From Vicugna vicugna (Eukaryota): a stretch of DNA of 64,000 nucleotides. Below are positions 1 through 12,800 of this stretch, piece by piece. Position 1 is the first letter of the stretch. Each line of letters begins with the position of its first letter. Both the position numbers and the translations under genes were made by a program. A model generated the notes under the pieces. That model searched no databases. It worked only from the letters and a program-made list of their open reading frames with translations, and was not told where the DNA came from. The DNA lies in NCBI GenBank assembly GCA_013265495.1, contig MU060042.1, positions 5,824,258 to 5,888,257 of the forward strand, written 5' to 3'.

Positions 1-759
1 ATTGAACTCTGAAATCAATGTATGTTCCTTACGTTACTTGTGTCACTCGTGGCAGAAAACAGACCATCAGAATTCTTGGTGCTACACGTAGAGTCCCGTC
101 AGCTCGGGAGCTGACAGCTGCTTGTCTCAGTTTCTACTTCTTTTGCTCGTAGGCTTTAAAACGCTACATCACAGTCTGGTGGATAATCCCCAAAAAACTC
201 TTGTCAGTGCAGGGGCAGGGAGATAGGAGGCAAACGTGGGCGATAGAAGCAAAATGGTGTTTGAAGAGGTGGTAACTGTGTTCCTTCCTAGAAACACTTG
301 AGACCCTCTTGCTGCTAGAGCACTGTTGTGTAAAGCACTGAAGTGAGGGGTTTGTGTGGCCTGGGAGGCAGGCAGCCACGGCAGTGAGTGGGAGGAGGCA
401 GGCCCGGGAGATGCCCCAAGTGCTCTGCCCAGAGCATCAACACACAAAGAATGGAATATAGAAAATGTTAGATAAAGCAGGTATAAAATTTGCTTCAGAA
501 TTTAGAAAGTCACTTTCTGAAGTTTTACTGAAGGAAAGTTCTTCGGAGCTTTTTATCAAGTTGCTTACAGGTCCGGTACCCTTTCTGTAGCGTTTACAGG
601 CCAGCGCTAACCTACCAGACATTTTTAGTAAGGCCTCATTTTCCAGGTAGAATGCTCGGGGAGAGGAGTGTATGCAGTCTTACTTAGACCGAGGATTGAT
701 ATTCAGGTACTGATGGTTTGGGAAATTTGCAGCCAGTCCAGTTTGCAAAAGACGCTAGC

Positions 760-1240
760 ATTAGAACATTCGGCGTCTGGAAGCAGGCACGGGAGAGAAG
801 CCCGAGGGTGTGCCTTCAGCCTTTTGCTGAAGAGATTAGATGTGTGACTTACCGAGCCATTCAGCCGTCTCTGCAGAAGCCAGGAATAGATGGGGTTATC
901 CGAGGGAGCTGTGTGGAGGAGCCTCCTGTCACTCACAGGAGACCCACAGAGTTTCTGAGAATGTGGTATCAGTAGCAACACTGCTGGCTTGGACTGGAAG
1001 GAGCAGAGACAGGACAAGACTAGAGGAGCCTGTCCGACTCGCAGACGTCTCCAGGCAGGAAGGGGGCTGACAGAGCTCTGGCTGCAGACATGTGCTGCTT
1101 CGCAGGAAAAAGGAAGAACAGCTCTGAGGCAGAGCTGGCCTGGGCCGTGCAGAGGGCCCAGGGGTGGGGCGCCCGGTCGCAGAGGAGCCCCTCAGCTCTG
1201 GAGCCCTTGTGGAGTCTGTCCTGCCAGGTGGTCAGCCGCT
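760..1240 (+). mobile_element. ERVL-MaLR internal-like fragment (MLT1-int-like)
   Basis: gcagaagccaggaatagatggggttatcc...ggaggagcctc...acaggagacccacag..tttctgagaatg...actgc..gcttggactggaagg recalls MLT1 internal consensus. From memory, not RepeatMasker. Confidence 0.5.
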
Positions 1241-4200
1241 GTTCGTGTCTGGATGTGAGGTCGTTTCCAGTTGTGTTTTGCTGACAACCGCACGCTTAGG
1301 GACCCTCTTCTGCGCCAGGACGGTGGAGCTGTCCTCCTGTGTTGACTTCTGAAAGTTCATCCATCTTATCTTTGACCACTGGCAGTGTTTTTGTTGCTGT
1401 TTGTTGTTTTTTCAATGGTGTGAAGTAGTATTTTCACAGATTTTTCACCAGCCAGTTGTCTCAGCACCCTTTACAGGAAGGACTTTCCCCAACAATCTGG
1501 GGCCCCGCTGCCAGGTGCTGAGTGTCCACATGTGTGCAGGTCTGTTTGGGGTCCCTTGTCCCGTTCCCTTGGTCTGTTTGTCTGTTCCTGACCTAGTAGC
1601 AAACTGCCTTCATTCCCACGCCTTTATCGTGAGCCAGCATTTGATGAAAACAAGTCCTTCGTCCTTGTCTGTGTTAAGAGTGCCTCTGCTTTCCTCGGTC
1701 GTTTGCATTTAATGTTGAATCTCCCAAAGCATGAATTGGGCACATCTCTTAATTTTTTTAGGTCTTCTCTATTATGTCAGAATTTTTTAAAAATTCCATG
1801 AAAGTCTTGCACAACTTTCTTAAGAGCTATTCTTAGATACTTGGTAATTTTAAAATACTGTTGTAAATACTGTTTTTTGAAAGAACTGTTTCCTATATAT
1901 TTGTTGCTGCTATGGAGAAATAAAATGGATTTCTGTAAAATGACTGAATCCCATCAATTTTGGTAAGCCTTTATTGATTCTAATTATTGGTCTGGAATCT
2001 ATTGGATTTTCTCTGTAGGTAATCATATAATCAATAGATAATGACAGCTTTGTTCCTTTCTATTTTTTGCACCATTTATTTCTTCTCCTTGTCACTGTGG
2101 CAGCGATTTCTGGTATAACGTTAAGGAGAAGCAATGATAATGGACCTTCTTCCTTTGTTCCCCGAGTGAGAGGCAGACTCACCATTTCACCCACAAGGGT
2201 GCTGTGCTTTTTACGGAGCCCTTTACTGTAGTAAACAATGGGAGTTTTTTCTATTCCTGTTTTGCTAAAAGCTGTTTTTAAATCATGAGTATATTGTTTA
2301 AAATATTTCTACCAAATCTATTGAGATGATTTTTTTATCTTTAAATTTTTTTCTTAATATATTAATAGGAGAAATTATATTGATTGACTTTCCTAACGCC
2401 ATACCTACTTTGTAGTCTTTGGGGAGAAAAGCAGAACTCGGTCGTGGTATACTGGTCTTCCATGTGTCACTAGGTTCCACTTGCTTGTATTTCTTGTGAA
2501 ATTCTTGCGCTGGTTTACGTGAGAGAGACTGACTTGTCACTTTGCTTCGCGCGTCTGTTTCTGGTGTCCGGCATCGAGATCGTGCTAGTCTCATGAAATG
2601 CATCTGCAGGTCTTCTCTCTTCTCTGAAACGTGTAATTTACAGTTTTAGTTACTTATTCCCTGGACATTTGCACACCAAGGAGACCACGTCAGGCTGAAC
2701 CTTTCGTTGCGGAAAGATGTTTGGCAGTGGATTTCTTTACGAATTTAAATATATTTCTTAAATAGTTACAGTTTAAATAGATAGAAAACTTCGTTTCAAA
2801 AACTGTACCTAAATATTCAGATTTATTCACTTAAACTTGCCACAATGTTTTCCTGCTCCCCCTTTTTCTATGTCGACTCTGTGGTCTTGCTCTTCTCATT
2901 CTAGGTGCCTTTTCTGCCCTCCCCTGTTCTTCTCCTGGTTGGTCCTCGCTGGCTCGGTGCTGTCTGTATTGACTCCGTGCGGGTGTCTTCCTGTTTCATT
3001 AATGTTGCTTTGTCTCTTTCCTCCTGCCGTCTGTGGTCTGTATTATCCTTTCTTCAGACACAGGCCTGAGGCACTAGTTCCCACCTTCTCCCCCGTTTTG
3101 AACATGCGCAGTTGAGGCTGTAAGTTTCTCGGTAAGAACTACTTTGGCTGCTTCCCAAAAGTTTCCATATGTAGTATTTTTGTTGCTGACGACAGAATCC
3201 TTTTTAATTTCCACTATGGTTTCTGTTTTGATTCATGGTTACTGCAGGGTTGTTTCTGAATTTACAAGCGTATTTGAATTTTCTAGTTAATGTCTTTGTT
3301 GCTGTTTGGCTTAGCTGCATGGCTGTCAGAACACATACTTTTCATTATTTCAGATCTGTGAGATTTGTTGAAACCAGTTACAGGGTCTGATACTCAGTTG
3401 ATTTTTATAAACATTCGCTGTGTCCTTTAAAAAGAATGTGGAATCTGAGTTGCTGGTTAAAAAGAATGTTTTGTCTGCGCCCATTGGATCAAGACTGTTC
3501 ATCCTGTTTTTCTCCCTGTACCCCTGATTTTCCTCTGCCTTTTCTAACAGTTACTGAGAGTCATGTTAAGAGCTCCCACTAGTATTGTGAATGCGTCGGT
3601 TTTTCCTTGGAATTCTGTTTCTGGTATTATGTGTTCTGTAGCTTTGGTATTGGTGACGTACAGAATCAAACTGTTACAGATTTCTGCTGAATTAGGCATT
3701 TTCTCATGATAAAGTGACTTTCTTTATTTCTGCTAACGCCTTTTGCATTAAATTCTACTTTGTTTTATGTTAATATGGTAATGCCAGCTGGCTGTAATTT
3801 GCTTGGCATGTCTTTTTCCATCTTTGTACTTTTAACGTCTCTGTGTATTTATATTTCTATGTGTCTCTTGTAAGTAGCATAAAGTTTAATTTTTATTGAC
3901 TCATAATTTTTGAGTATTTAGTGCATATGCGATTATTGTAGCACGGTTATATTTTTAGTTTAAATCTACCGTTTTGTGCTTTTAATAGGATTTAACTGTT
4001 GTATAGTTTTCTCCTTTCTTACTGTTTCATCTGTTACTTTTGATAATTCTACTCTTTTCTCTAGTAGTTTGTAAGCTTCACAAGCAGTTTCTGTTCTTTT
4101 TATGGTTATGTTAACAACATGTTTAATTTCTCAGAGTCTAAACTTAATCATTTCCTTTGCTTGTCACCTGAGGATTGTTTAACTCAATTCAGCCCTTCTG

Positions 4201-4270
4201 GCCTAATGCCATTTTGTCACTGACTCTAGTTATTCTTCAACTCTTAGGTTTGCTGTTTTACACATTTCCT

Positions 4271-4445
4271 CTTTTTGTTTAAATTGAAGTAGAATCAGCT
4301 TACCACGTTGTGTCAGTTTCTGGCACACAGCACGGTGCTCCGGTCATACGTGAACATACATACATTCGTTTTCACGTTCTTTTTCACTGTGACTACAGGA
4401 TACTGAGTAGAGATCCCTGTGCTGTACGGTATGGACTTTTTATCT
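4271..4445 (-). mobile_element. Short L1 3'-end fragment nested in the older L1
   Basis: ttgaagtagaatcagcttaccacgttgtgtcagtttctggcacacagcac...gatactgagtagagatccctgtgctgtac is typical of a laurasiatherian/artiodactyl L1 3' terminus. Related to 45900-46090. Confidence 0.65.
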
Positions 4446-4691
4446 GTTACGTTTCCTGTTTATTTTGGTTCACCCGTATTTTCCTTCTTCTTTTTGCCTT
4501 TCAGGCCTTCCGTGTAGGATAATTTTCCTTCTGTCAGGTTTATTTTTCGCTGTTGGTCGGTGCTGGTCTTTGTTGGGAACGCTCTCGGTTTTTGTTTGGC
4601 TTTGCTTCTTGAGAAGTAGTCTCGCCACGTGCGGGTTCTCAGCTGTCGCGCTCATTTCCGTCTCTTGGCTTCCGTGTTCAGTAATCGCCAT

Positions 4692-4727
4692 TCCCTCCTC
4701 CTCCTCCCCTCCCCTCCCCTCCCACTC
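4692..4727. repeat. Polypyrimidine (CCT)n/(CCCCT)n tract
   Basis: tccctcctcctcctcccctcccctcccctcccactc. Confidence 0.8.
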
Positions 4728-5884
4728 TCCAGAGTAGAAAGTCATACTGTTGTGCTCTGCTCTCTGCTGTTGCGTCTGGACAGCGTTATTCGTGAACCTG
4801 TAGGGAGGTTTCTTTCGTTCATCCTAGGAAGCTCCCAGTGTGTCTCCTCCAATGCTGCCTTTGTCCTGTTCTGTCGCCTCTCTGCCAAGGCTCGTCGGAT
4901 CCTCGTGTGCCCTTTGTTTCTCCTGTTCCTGTGTTGGTTTTTTTCACCTTCTTGTCTCTGTGCTTCATTCTGTATCATTCCTAGTGACCTGCCTTCCAAG
5001 TCACTAATTTCACCTTCTGCTGTGTCTGATTAGCCACCAAACTCGTCAAATGCTTAATGTTGGTTTCTGGTATTTTTTAGTTCCAGAAATTTTATTTGAT
5101 TTCTCTATCACATTGGTGGTTTCATTTTTATGTTTGCCTAGTCCGTGCAGATATTTCTCTGACTTTCCTCGTGTATCCAGGTGTTGACACTGTGTCTGTC
5201 GGGTGCCTGTCTCAGTCTTTCTCTCTTGTGTTTTGTTTCTGGCTCCTGACCATGGTGTGCTGTTTCACCACACGCTGTGTTTTGGTTTATTTGGGTTTTG
5301 TTTGTAATTGTATTTGAAAAACTAGTCATGGGGATCATTTGAGATAAAAGGTGGAAGTATGTTTTTCCAAGACAAACACACTTGCTTCTGAACTGTGTAC
5401 TTGGAGGTACCTCCTGCCCTGGAATGTCTTAGTCCAAGTTCGAGTTATTCAGTCTCCCCTTCCACACGTGGGTGCGTGGTTCCTCGTTCTCCAGAGTTTG
5501 AGGGCATCACCCTTCACAGCCCTGCCAGTCATGGGAAGGAGGACCTCTTGCTGGACCTCTGCCTTATTTCTTTTAAGAATTTTTTTTTAAAAATTATGCA
5601 GTATTTCTCACTGTTTTCAGTGGGAGCGTTGGTTCAAGTAAGATACCTCCCATTACCCAAGAGCACAGAAGTTTTTTGCAGATTTTATATAAAGGAAGTC
5701 AGTTAAATGTGATTAACTGGTTAACCTCCAGGGCAGTACTTCCAGGGGTAAAATTTTGAGGCCCCAGCTGTGATAAACCTTATTCTTGAAAATGTATCAA
5801 GCTTTCTTTTAGCAACCAAGTACAGCTATATCATACTTGTGGAACTCTTGGGAAGTGCAAGCTTTTAAAAAATATCACTTGCAT

Positions 5885-6270
5885 AAACAAACTATGGTAT
5901 ATCTATACAATGAGTACTGTTTATCCATAAAAAGGAATAAACTGTTGACACACACAGTAACTTGGGCAATGTAGCGTTCTGGAAGCCACCACAGGAGCAC
6001 GATGGAGAACAGATCTCTGGTTGCCGGGGGAAGGGTGGGGGCAGGACGACTGTCGGGGGTAACAGGAGGAGTGTCTGCGTGATGGGGCTGTCTGCATCCC
6101 GGTGGAGACTGGTGGGCGTGATGCTGGCGGGAGTTTGTCTGAGGGACACACAGCAGAGAGTGCAAGTGAAAACTGGCAAAACCTGGGTCAGTCTGTGTGG
6201 GAGTTCATTGTGTTGTAACATCCGGTCTGTGTTTGGAGAGTGTGCTGTGGTCCTGCAAGGTGTTACCCTA
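5885..6270 (+). mobile_element. Old L1 3' UTR fragment
   Basis: caaactatggtatatctatacaatgagtactg...ataaaaaggaataaactgttgacacacac is a classic L1 3' UTR motif. Confidence 0.6.
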
Positions 6271-9200
6271 ACCCTAAGCCTTCACCACTGGCGCTCAATT
6301 CAGCTCTCCTGAAACACCACATTATTTCAAATCCCCAGTCCACCCATACCCACTCAGAAGCGTAATAATGTGATTTGGAATTCTGCTTATACCAACTTCG
6401 GTGCTTCCCGTGCTTAATAGATTTCTGCTCCTGAGGACCCCAGACTGCACTTTGCTCATCCTGTACGTGTTGCGGTGGATACAAATCGAAGGGCTCTTGG
6501 CACGTCTGAGTCTTTATCCGCTGTTTTCCTGTTACTTAACAGCCACACCTTTTGCTCTTCAAGCCTGGGGGCCAGCCTGCCTTCCCAGAGGGGTCCTAAC
6601 ATGCTGCCCACGCTGTGCTTTCCACTTCGGCTCTGCCTTGTCTGTAAAACCTTCTCTGACTGTTCACAAGCAGCGATTATCTGCTCCACCAACGTAACCT
6701 TCAGTCACCCACTGTGATGCTAACACGCGGCGTTTTACAGGTGCTGCTACCAAGGCTCAGAACGATCGTCTGTTTTAGTCCAAGGTCATGGAGCTAGTAA
6801 ATTTGGAAGCTAGGAATCCATGCAAGTCATCCATCAGATCAAACCCGTGAAGTTCTTTTACCCACGCTTCCTCCCGTGGGGGCTGACTGAAGAGCATTCA
6901 GGGAGTTGAACTGACAGGAGCCGATTATTCAGAGAAGGGGCCTGGGATAATTCCCAGTTTCTGGCCTGGGCTGATGGGTGGACCACGCCATTCACTGACG
7001 TCAGAGGACGGTCCTCCTCTTTGAGCGAGAATAAATTTGTTTTTTCTTTGTTTGGCACTGGGGGAGGAGGAGGCGGGAAAGCTAACCTCCATGGTGTGTA
7101 TGTTCACTTAGAGGTATCTGTGAAATGTAGAGTGAGGCACCTGCAGCAACAGAGTATACCACCTGAAGCCCAGGAGAAAGGCTCAAACCAGTAGCAGAGG
7201 CTGGAATGCTGCCTTCACAGCGTGCAGCGGCCGGTGAATCCACCTCGTGAAGACATTTGGAACTGTCCTGTGCCACCCGTGGCGTGTCATGGAAAACTTA
7301 CTCACAGAATGAAAAAATTGGGGGGGATGCAGAGAAAGTAGGAAATGTGCTTTTTCCTTTAAATGACAATTTACAGGAAAAGGTTTTGATTACTTTTGAT
7401 AAAACGTGCCATTTAAATTTAAATGCCTTTTCTTTTGCTTGGCTGAGGGTCTGAAGCTAAATCTCACTCGTGGGGGAACACGTGTGAATGATTTCAGGCA
7501 GCTTCATGCCGCGGGGAGCCTGGTGTGCGCTGGGGCCGGGTTCGCCTGCCCTGTTGAACGCTGCAGGTTGATCGGCACAGACCGAGTGCGGCCGCCCGCC
7601 GGGGGCGCTGCTGGCCCCGCGTTGCATGTTTCAAGAAGGTGCACCTCGGACTGATTCAGGATCCAAGTTACCTCCTCAGACATTTTTGAAGCTGCAAGAT
7701 GAATTATTTGGGCAAGAAAGCACTGCTGTTAAGACGGCCTTACGTTCTAAAATTAACCTGTGTCTTCTTACCGTAGTGTGGACCAGCCTCACACAGGTTC
7801 TTCTTGGTGACGCTCCTGAGCACACTAGCTCGTTCAGATCAGATCGTTTATTTCACTTTTCTTGTTTCATAGCAGCCAAGGCCGCAGCCGCCTCTGGTGC
7901 AGTGAGCGCCCGACGGCGCGGGCGGCTTCTCCGCTCACTGGGGATGGGTCCAGGTAGTGTCACAGCTGTTTAGCGAGCAGTGTGACGCGCCTAAACTGTG
8001 TATGCGTTGGTTGCATGACAGTGTGTTAGTGTGACGCTCAGGGTCGTAGGCTTGCTATATTTCGTTGTTCACAGATCACGTCACCGTAAAGTACTAGTCG
8101 AATAGAGGCCTAGGATTTAAAATCCCCTAAAATTGGAACATGACTAAAAAGCAAGTTCAATACGGTGCTGGTGATGACTCTGTCAACCTAGTGTTTGAAG
8201 TTTGAGCTTCCAGAAAGTTTCAACAGTAAATAGCAAATTGTCGTCCTAACCTCTGATGGAGACTGGCCTGCAGGCTCTCCTCCCGGGTCACCTGCCCGCA
8301 TGGGGGCAGCCTCCCTCCTCCACCCCGACCACTTTAAAATAGCCCAGCGAGAAAAGCGGATTTTAAAGAATTATACACATGTACTTCAGACATTTTACAT
8401 CCACTTGATTCACAGGGACCTATGCTCATCCGGCAGCCTCGGTGTCAGGCCCTGGCCTCTCCTAGCATGGTTTGAAGGCCCTGGTGTGTCTTGTATGAAG
8501 GCAGCCTGGGTGCCTTGGTTGTCATGTCCACTTTGGATTTCCTTAAGGTTCAGAGAAAAAGATGTTCACAGGTCTGTCGAGTGAGAAGCTTCCAGAGGAG
8601 TTAAGTTCCTTCTCATCTTTTGTGCCTCACTCACACCTCATCAGCAATGGTTTTTGAAACAATTCATCACTACCCAACCCTTCAGGAACATCCTATCTCA
8701 CTTAAGTGGAGAAGCAGTGTCTCGATTGTGGTTATTGATCACGTTTCCTCAGGTTACGTAACACGTGGTGTGTCCGCCTGGCACCGGCGGGCCTGGTGCC
8801 TGCAGGCGGGGGCCTCTGGAAGGACAGTGCTCTCCAAACAGGTACTCCGTGCCGGGCATCCTGTGGTCGTCCACGGAGCTGAGCATACCATCGCCCCAGC
8901 AGACAGGGTACATGGGGTAATGGAGGGCCCCTGGCTGCACCAGCTCAGGACTCCATGGCTCTGACCCTGAAACCCAACCTCTTTGAGGCGGTCTGACCCA
9001 CCTGCTCCCACCGTCACGTCCACACTGCCTTTCTGCCCCTCTAGCCAGGGCACCCGCCTGGCTCGGAAGCTGCATGCTTGGAGGACCTCCCGGCTAGTCC
9101 TGCCCCCAGAGCCTGTCTGGTCCTCCGCGGCAGGGCAGTGGTCTCCATGGGAAAGCATCCTGTCAGTTCTTGTAAAGCGGCGGATGGATATTAAGACCCA

Positions 9201-9572
9201 TTTCAAATATTTATTCCCAACAAGACACAGCCGATCTCCTTTGATGTATCCCTCTCCCCTCCCATCCCCTGTGGCACTTTGTGCCTGACTGGGGCCCTGG
9301 CCACAGTCCACCTTCCCCAGTCCGACTGAGGTCACCCACAAGGCTGAAGGGCAGCCTGGTAACCCACCTGCTGTCCCCTGCGAACATGCTCTGGGCTGTA
9401 AAAACGTCTGTTGACTTAAATGCCTACACATTGCTTTATTTTAGTCTAAAACTCGATATGACCTACTTCACATAAAATTAAAGACACCGTATATAAGTAA
9501 ACAAATCTGTATGGAAACAGTGAACGTGAAGTATCGGGCTCCCTAACGACTGCGGTGGGTTCTGTCTGGCAG

Positions 9573-9715
9573 CTTGCGCGTGAACCTGGACATGGGCAAA
9601 ACCGCGTACGGTTGGATGATCATGAGGGACGAGAGCATCCCCGGCACCGTCGTCCGGACCAGCACGATCCCGGAGGAGCTGGGGCGCCTGGTGTACCTGC
9701 TGACGGACAAGACAG
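9573..9715 (+). CDS. ATP9B: ATP9B coding exon (approx. exon 13): (S)[47 protein letters not shown](G)
   Basis: Acceptor ggcag|c and donor gacag|gtacgc. Contains the first half of the phosphorylation motif DKTGT, which is split by the next intron. Confidence 0.96.
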
Positions 9716-9774
9716 GTACGCTGCCAGCTCCTCAGCAGGGGCAGCCCCAGCGCGTGCCCGCGTGTGTCTGGGGG

Positions 9775-9813
9775 GTGTGCGCGTGTGTGTGCACGTGCGT
9801 GTGTGTGTGTGCA
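9775..9813. repeat. Perfect alternating purine-pyrimidine (GT/GC) tract
   Basis: gtgtgcgcgtgtgtgtgcacgtgcgtgtgtgtgtgtgca, 39 nt. Confidence 0.9.
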
Positions 9814-12800
9814 AGACAGTGCTGAAGTCACAGTTGGAATGTCTCTGGCTCTGCCCTTGACCCTGGCCTCCCACTCCTCTTCCTCTTCCAGCATTCCGGG
9901 ATCATCAGAATTAGCAAAATGTTACATTCTTGGAGACTTACAACATGTGTTTCTGCATTTTGAGTTTTCCACAGCCTTACGGTGGTTTTTCCGTTTAACT
10001 GCCTTTATTACACCTCTCTAGTGGATTCCTAAGGGCAAAAACGGCTTGTTCATCACAGAATGATGGTTGTGAGCAGTTAGAAGAAAACAACAATTAATAA
10101 GCCACGTGAACTTGGTATTTTAACAGGAACGTTCTCCGAGAGATTCTTTCTGCAGATGACCTACCCACCCTGAGATTCCGTGCCCCGCGTTCTCTGTCTT
10201 TAGTTCCTTTTTTTCATCAAAGAATTTTTGTCAGTTCTAACATACCAAATAAAAGACTGATTGAAACCAGTACTGTAGGAAAAGCCACATCTAAGGTTAC
10301 AACTCTTCTTGACTGATTGAGTCCTGGTTTAAATTCCCAGTAACTCTTAGCAAACTAGAAATAAAAGAATATTTGTGTAAATGGTAAATTCAATATTATT
10401 TTTAATAAACCATTAGATATGTCCTCTTTTGGAAGAAGACGCACCTGCAGCCACATTTTTGTTTAGTATTTGTCACTCCAGCCACCACAGTGAGATGGGG
10501 AGTAGAAATGAGACACGCAGCCAGGAGAGCAAATATTTCAGAGATAATGACCAACCAAGGAGATCGACTGCTGAAATCAAGAAATCTGCAGTGGTCAGTC
10601 ACAGATTAAAACAGCAAAGCGGTGGAAGCAGCTCCCTCATGTGCGGAGTAGACTGGAGGAGGGAGACCCGTCCACGGCACCAGGGCCCCGTGCAGTGTGT
10701 GCGCTGACACGGCCTCGGGGAGCAGCGGGGCATCTGTGAGGAAAGGGCCGGAACGGGGGGCCCGTGCCGTGGCCCCAAGCACACCGCCCTCCCAGGAGCT
10801 TGCACGTCTGCTCCGGTCCAGTTGGGGCCCCGTCCAGCTGTGTTTGGTTTTGGCTGGGACTTGTCTTCGTGGGACGCTGAGGAGTTGCCCTGTAAGTAAC
10901 GCTCGGACGTCAGGGGGAGTCAGAAATGACAGCCTCAGGGCTCGGGGTCGGGGTAGACGGAGAAAATGCCTTCACAGCCTCCCTTCCCACCTCGCTGCAC
11001 CGATGGGGAAATTTACAGACTAAGTCTCCACCGATACTGGAAAGCAGTACCGTTTGAGGGTCCAGAAATTGAGTTATTTCTGGAAAACAGCTGGAGAAGG
11101 CAGAGGACAGCCAACCCAGACTCGGAATGGCTCCTACGGAGATTCTAGAGAAATGCAGGGAAGTGTCTCCAGAACAGAGTCCTGAAGAAATCCTGAGTTT
11201 AAAGCCAACAGGGTCGCCAGCTGAGGAGACCCGGCCTGGTCTCCCCTGACACGTGTAACCGAGACCAGGCGCCACACGTGAAGTCTAGAGGGACAGGAGA
11301 ACTGTCCCCAAGAAACCAAATTCAGTGGTTGTCCCCCCAGAAACCCCAGCGGAGTACCAGGAAAACTTTTAGAATTGTAAGAGTTTTATGATATATAAAC
11401 TCAGTACCAGAATTAAACCACATTTCTGTACACCAGTCGGGACACTTAATTCTGCAGATGCCAATTACAACAGCAAAAAAAAGTTCCAAGTAATCAAACA
11501 TAAATTTTAACACAGAATATGTCAGACCTGTCTGGCTGTATGCTGTTAAAGTTTGAAAGACCTTACTGGGAGCTCACTGAATGCAGAGGTTCGCTGTTTT
11601 CATGAGTAGGGCATCTTAATGTGATAAAAGATCATTCCTCCCCACATTACAAAGACCTGACGTGTTTGCAAGCACAGGGTGCATCAGGAACTTTTGTTCA
11701 GAGCTGGTGGGCATGTTACCTGGCCCCCCTTGTAAAGCAGATTTTGGCTTTATCAGTCAGTGCCGCCTCCTCACGCCAGCGTCTACCCTCTAAGGAAACA
11801 TCTGCACCAGGAGACACATGAGACTTGTTCTGGCTACAAAGACGAACTGGGTGTATCACAGAAAAAGGCCCCCCAGGGCAGTGGATAGACTGCGCTGTCC
11901 TTACAAGAGCGCTGAACAGCAGTGACCACCAAGTGCAGAGCTTTGCCTCCCCTGGGGTGGATGCCGAGGAAAGCCCCGCGCTCCACAGGTGTTGGGGGGG
12001 CCTTCCTCTGCGGGACAGGGGGCGCTGTGCTGCCCCTGGCCTGGGCGCCCACACCAGCCGCCTTCCTGCACCACCTTTCAGAGGCCTCCTGTGGTCGCAG
12101 GATGGTCGTGCTTGTCCGGGAGGAGCAGGTCTTGTCTGGACCATGAGTGCTTTTGTGGCCGTTTGACATGTGCATGTAACGCTTCTAGAAGGAGACCGAC
12201 TCTTACGTCGTCTTCATTTACGAGCAGAAAGCACACGCCCGAGAGCAGTGTAAACCGGAGTCTCTGCGTCTCTGGCTGTTTGAAATCAGAAAGTAAAGGT
12301 TTTGTGACCTTCATCCGTCCTCAGAAGACTGACTTTTTATTTTGCATTTTGAACAAAGCTGAGATTAGTACTCTGCTCCGGGCTCTTCCATTTTTCTTTG
12401 TTGAATTTTCACGACACTGGGGCGAGGAGAAGTGGGTTTTGCCCGGAGTCATAGAGGCAAAACCTCCTTTTCCCCACGTTTACTCTGCTGCTTTTAAAAG
12501 GCAAAAACAGTGCTTCTTATGGTTTTTAGCTTAATAAAGTATCTTGGCTCCCGAGATTTAAAAAGAATCACAGAAAACTTGTGTAAAATATACTAGAGAA
12601 AGTATTTGCATCTTGATTTCTGAACGGCTGGTTTTGTACTGGGGTCACTGGGGAAATTCTCACCATCACTTTCTGGTGTTGAAGCTGAGTGGAGTCATTT
12701 ACAATATTTTTAAAATGTTCTGACCTGGAGTTTTTCAGGCCCTTTCTCAGTGATCCCATGGCCGGTGGGTGCCTGGGCGGGGGGCAGGGGGCGATGTGCG

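Larger units (their letters stand above)
1400..5340 (-). mobile_element. Ancient, highly diverged L1 (ORF2 and upstream part), antisense
   Basis: T-rich + strand with antisense L1 ORF2 signatures (e.g. ggattttctctgtaggtaatcatataatc..ataatgacagcttt; ttcctttgttccc). No intact ORF. Confidence 0.7.

Noticed and set aside
6265-6277. CCCTAACCCTAA telomere-like repeat
   Set aside because: Only two units; chance level.
7592-7610. CTCF-like GCCCGCCGGGGGCGCTG (also minus-strand candidates near 23272-23288 and 17458-17470)
   Set aside because: The 5' half of the core mismatches, and GGGGGCGC is common in this GC-rich window.
8165-8262. Possible C/D-box snoRNA (GTGATGA ~8172 ... CTGA ~8253)
   Set aside because: No terminal stem and no recognisable rRNA/snRNA antisense element; the boxes are expected by chance.
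1-9572. Upstream ATP9B exon (…[21 protein letters not shown])
   Set aside because: Not found in any frame; it presumably lies 5' of the window.
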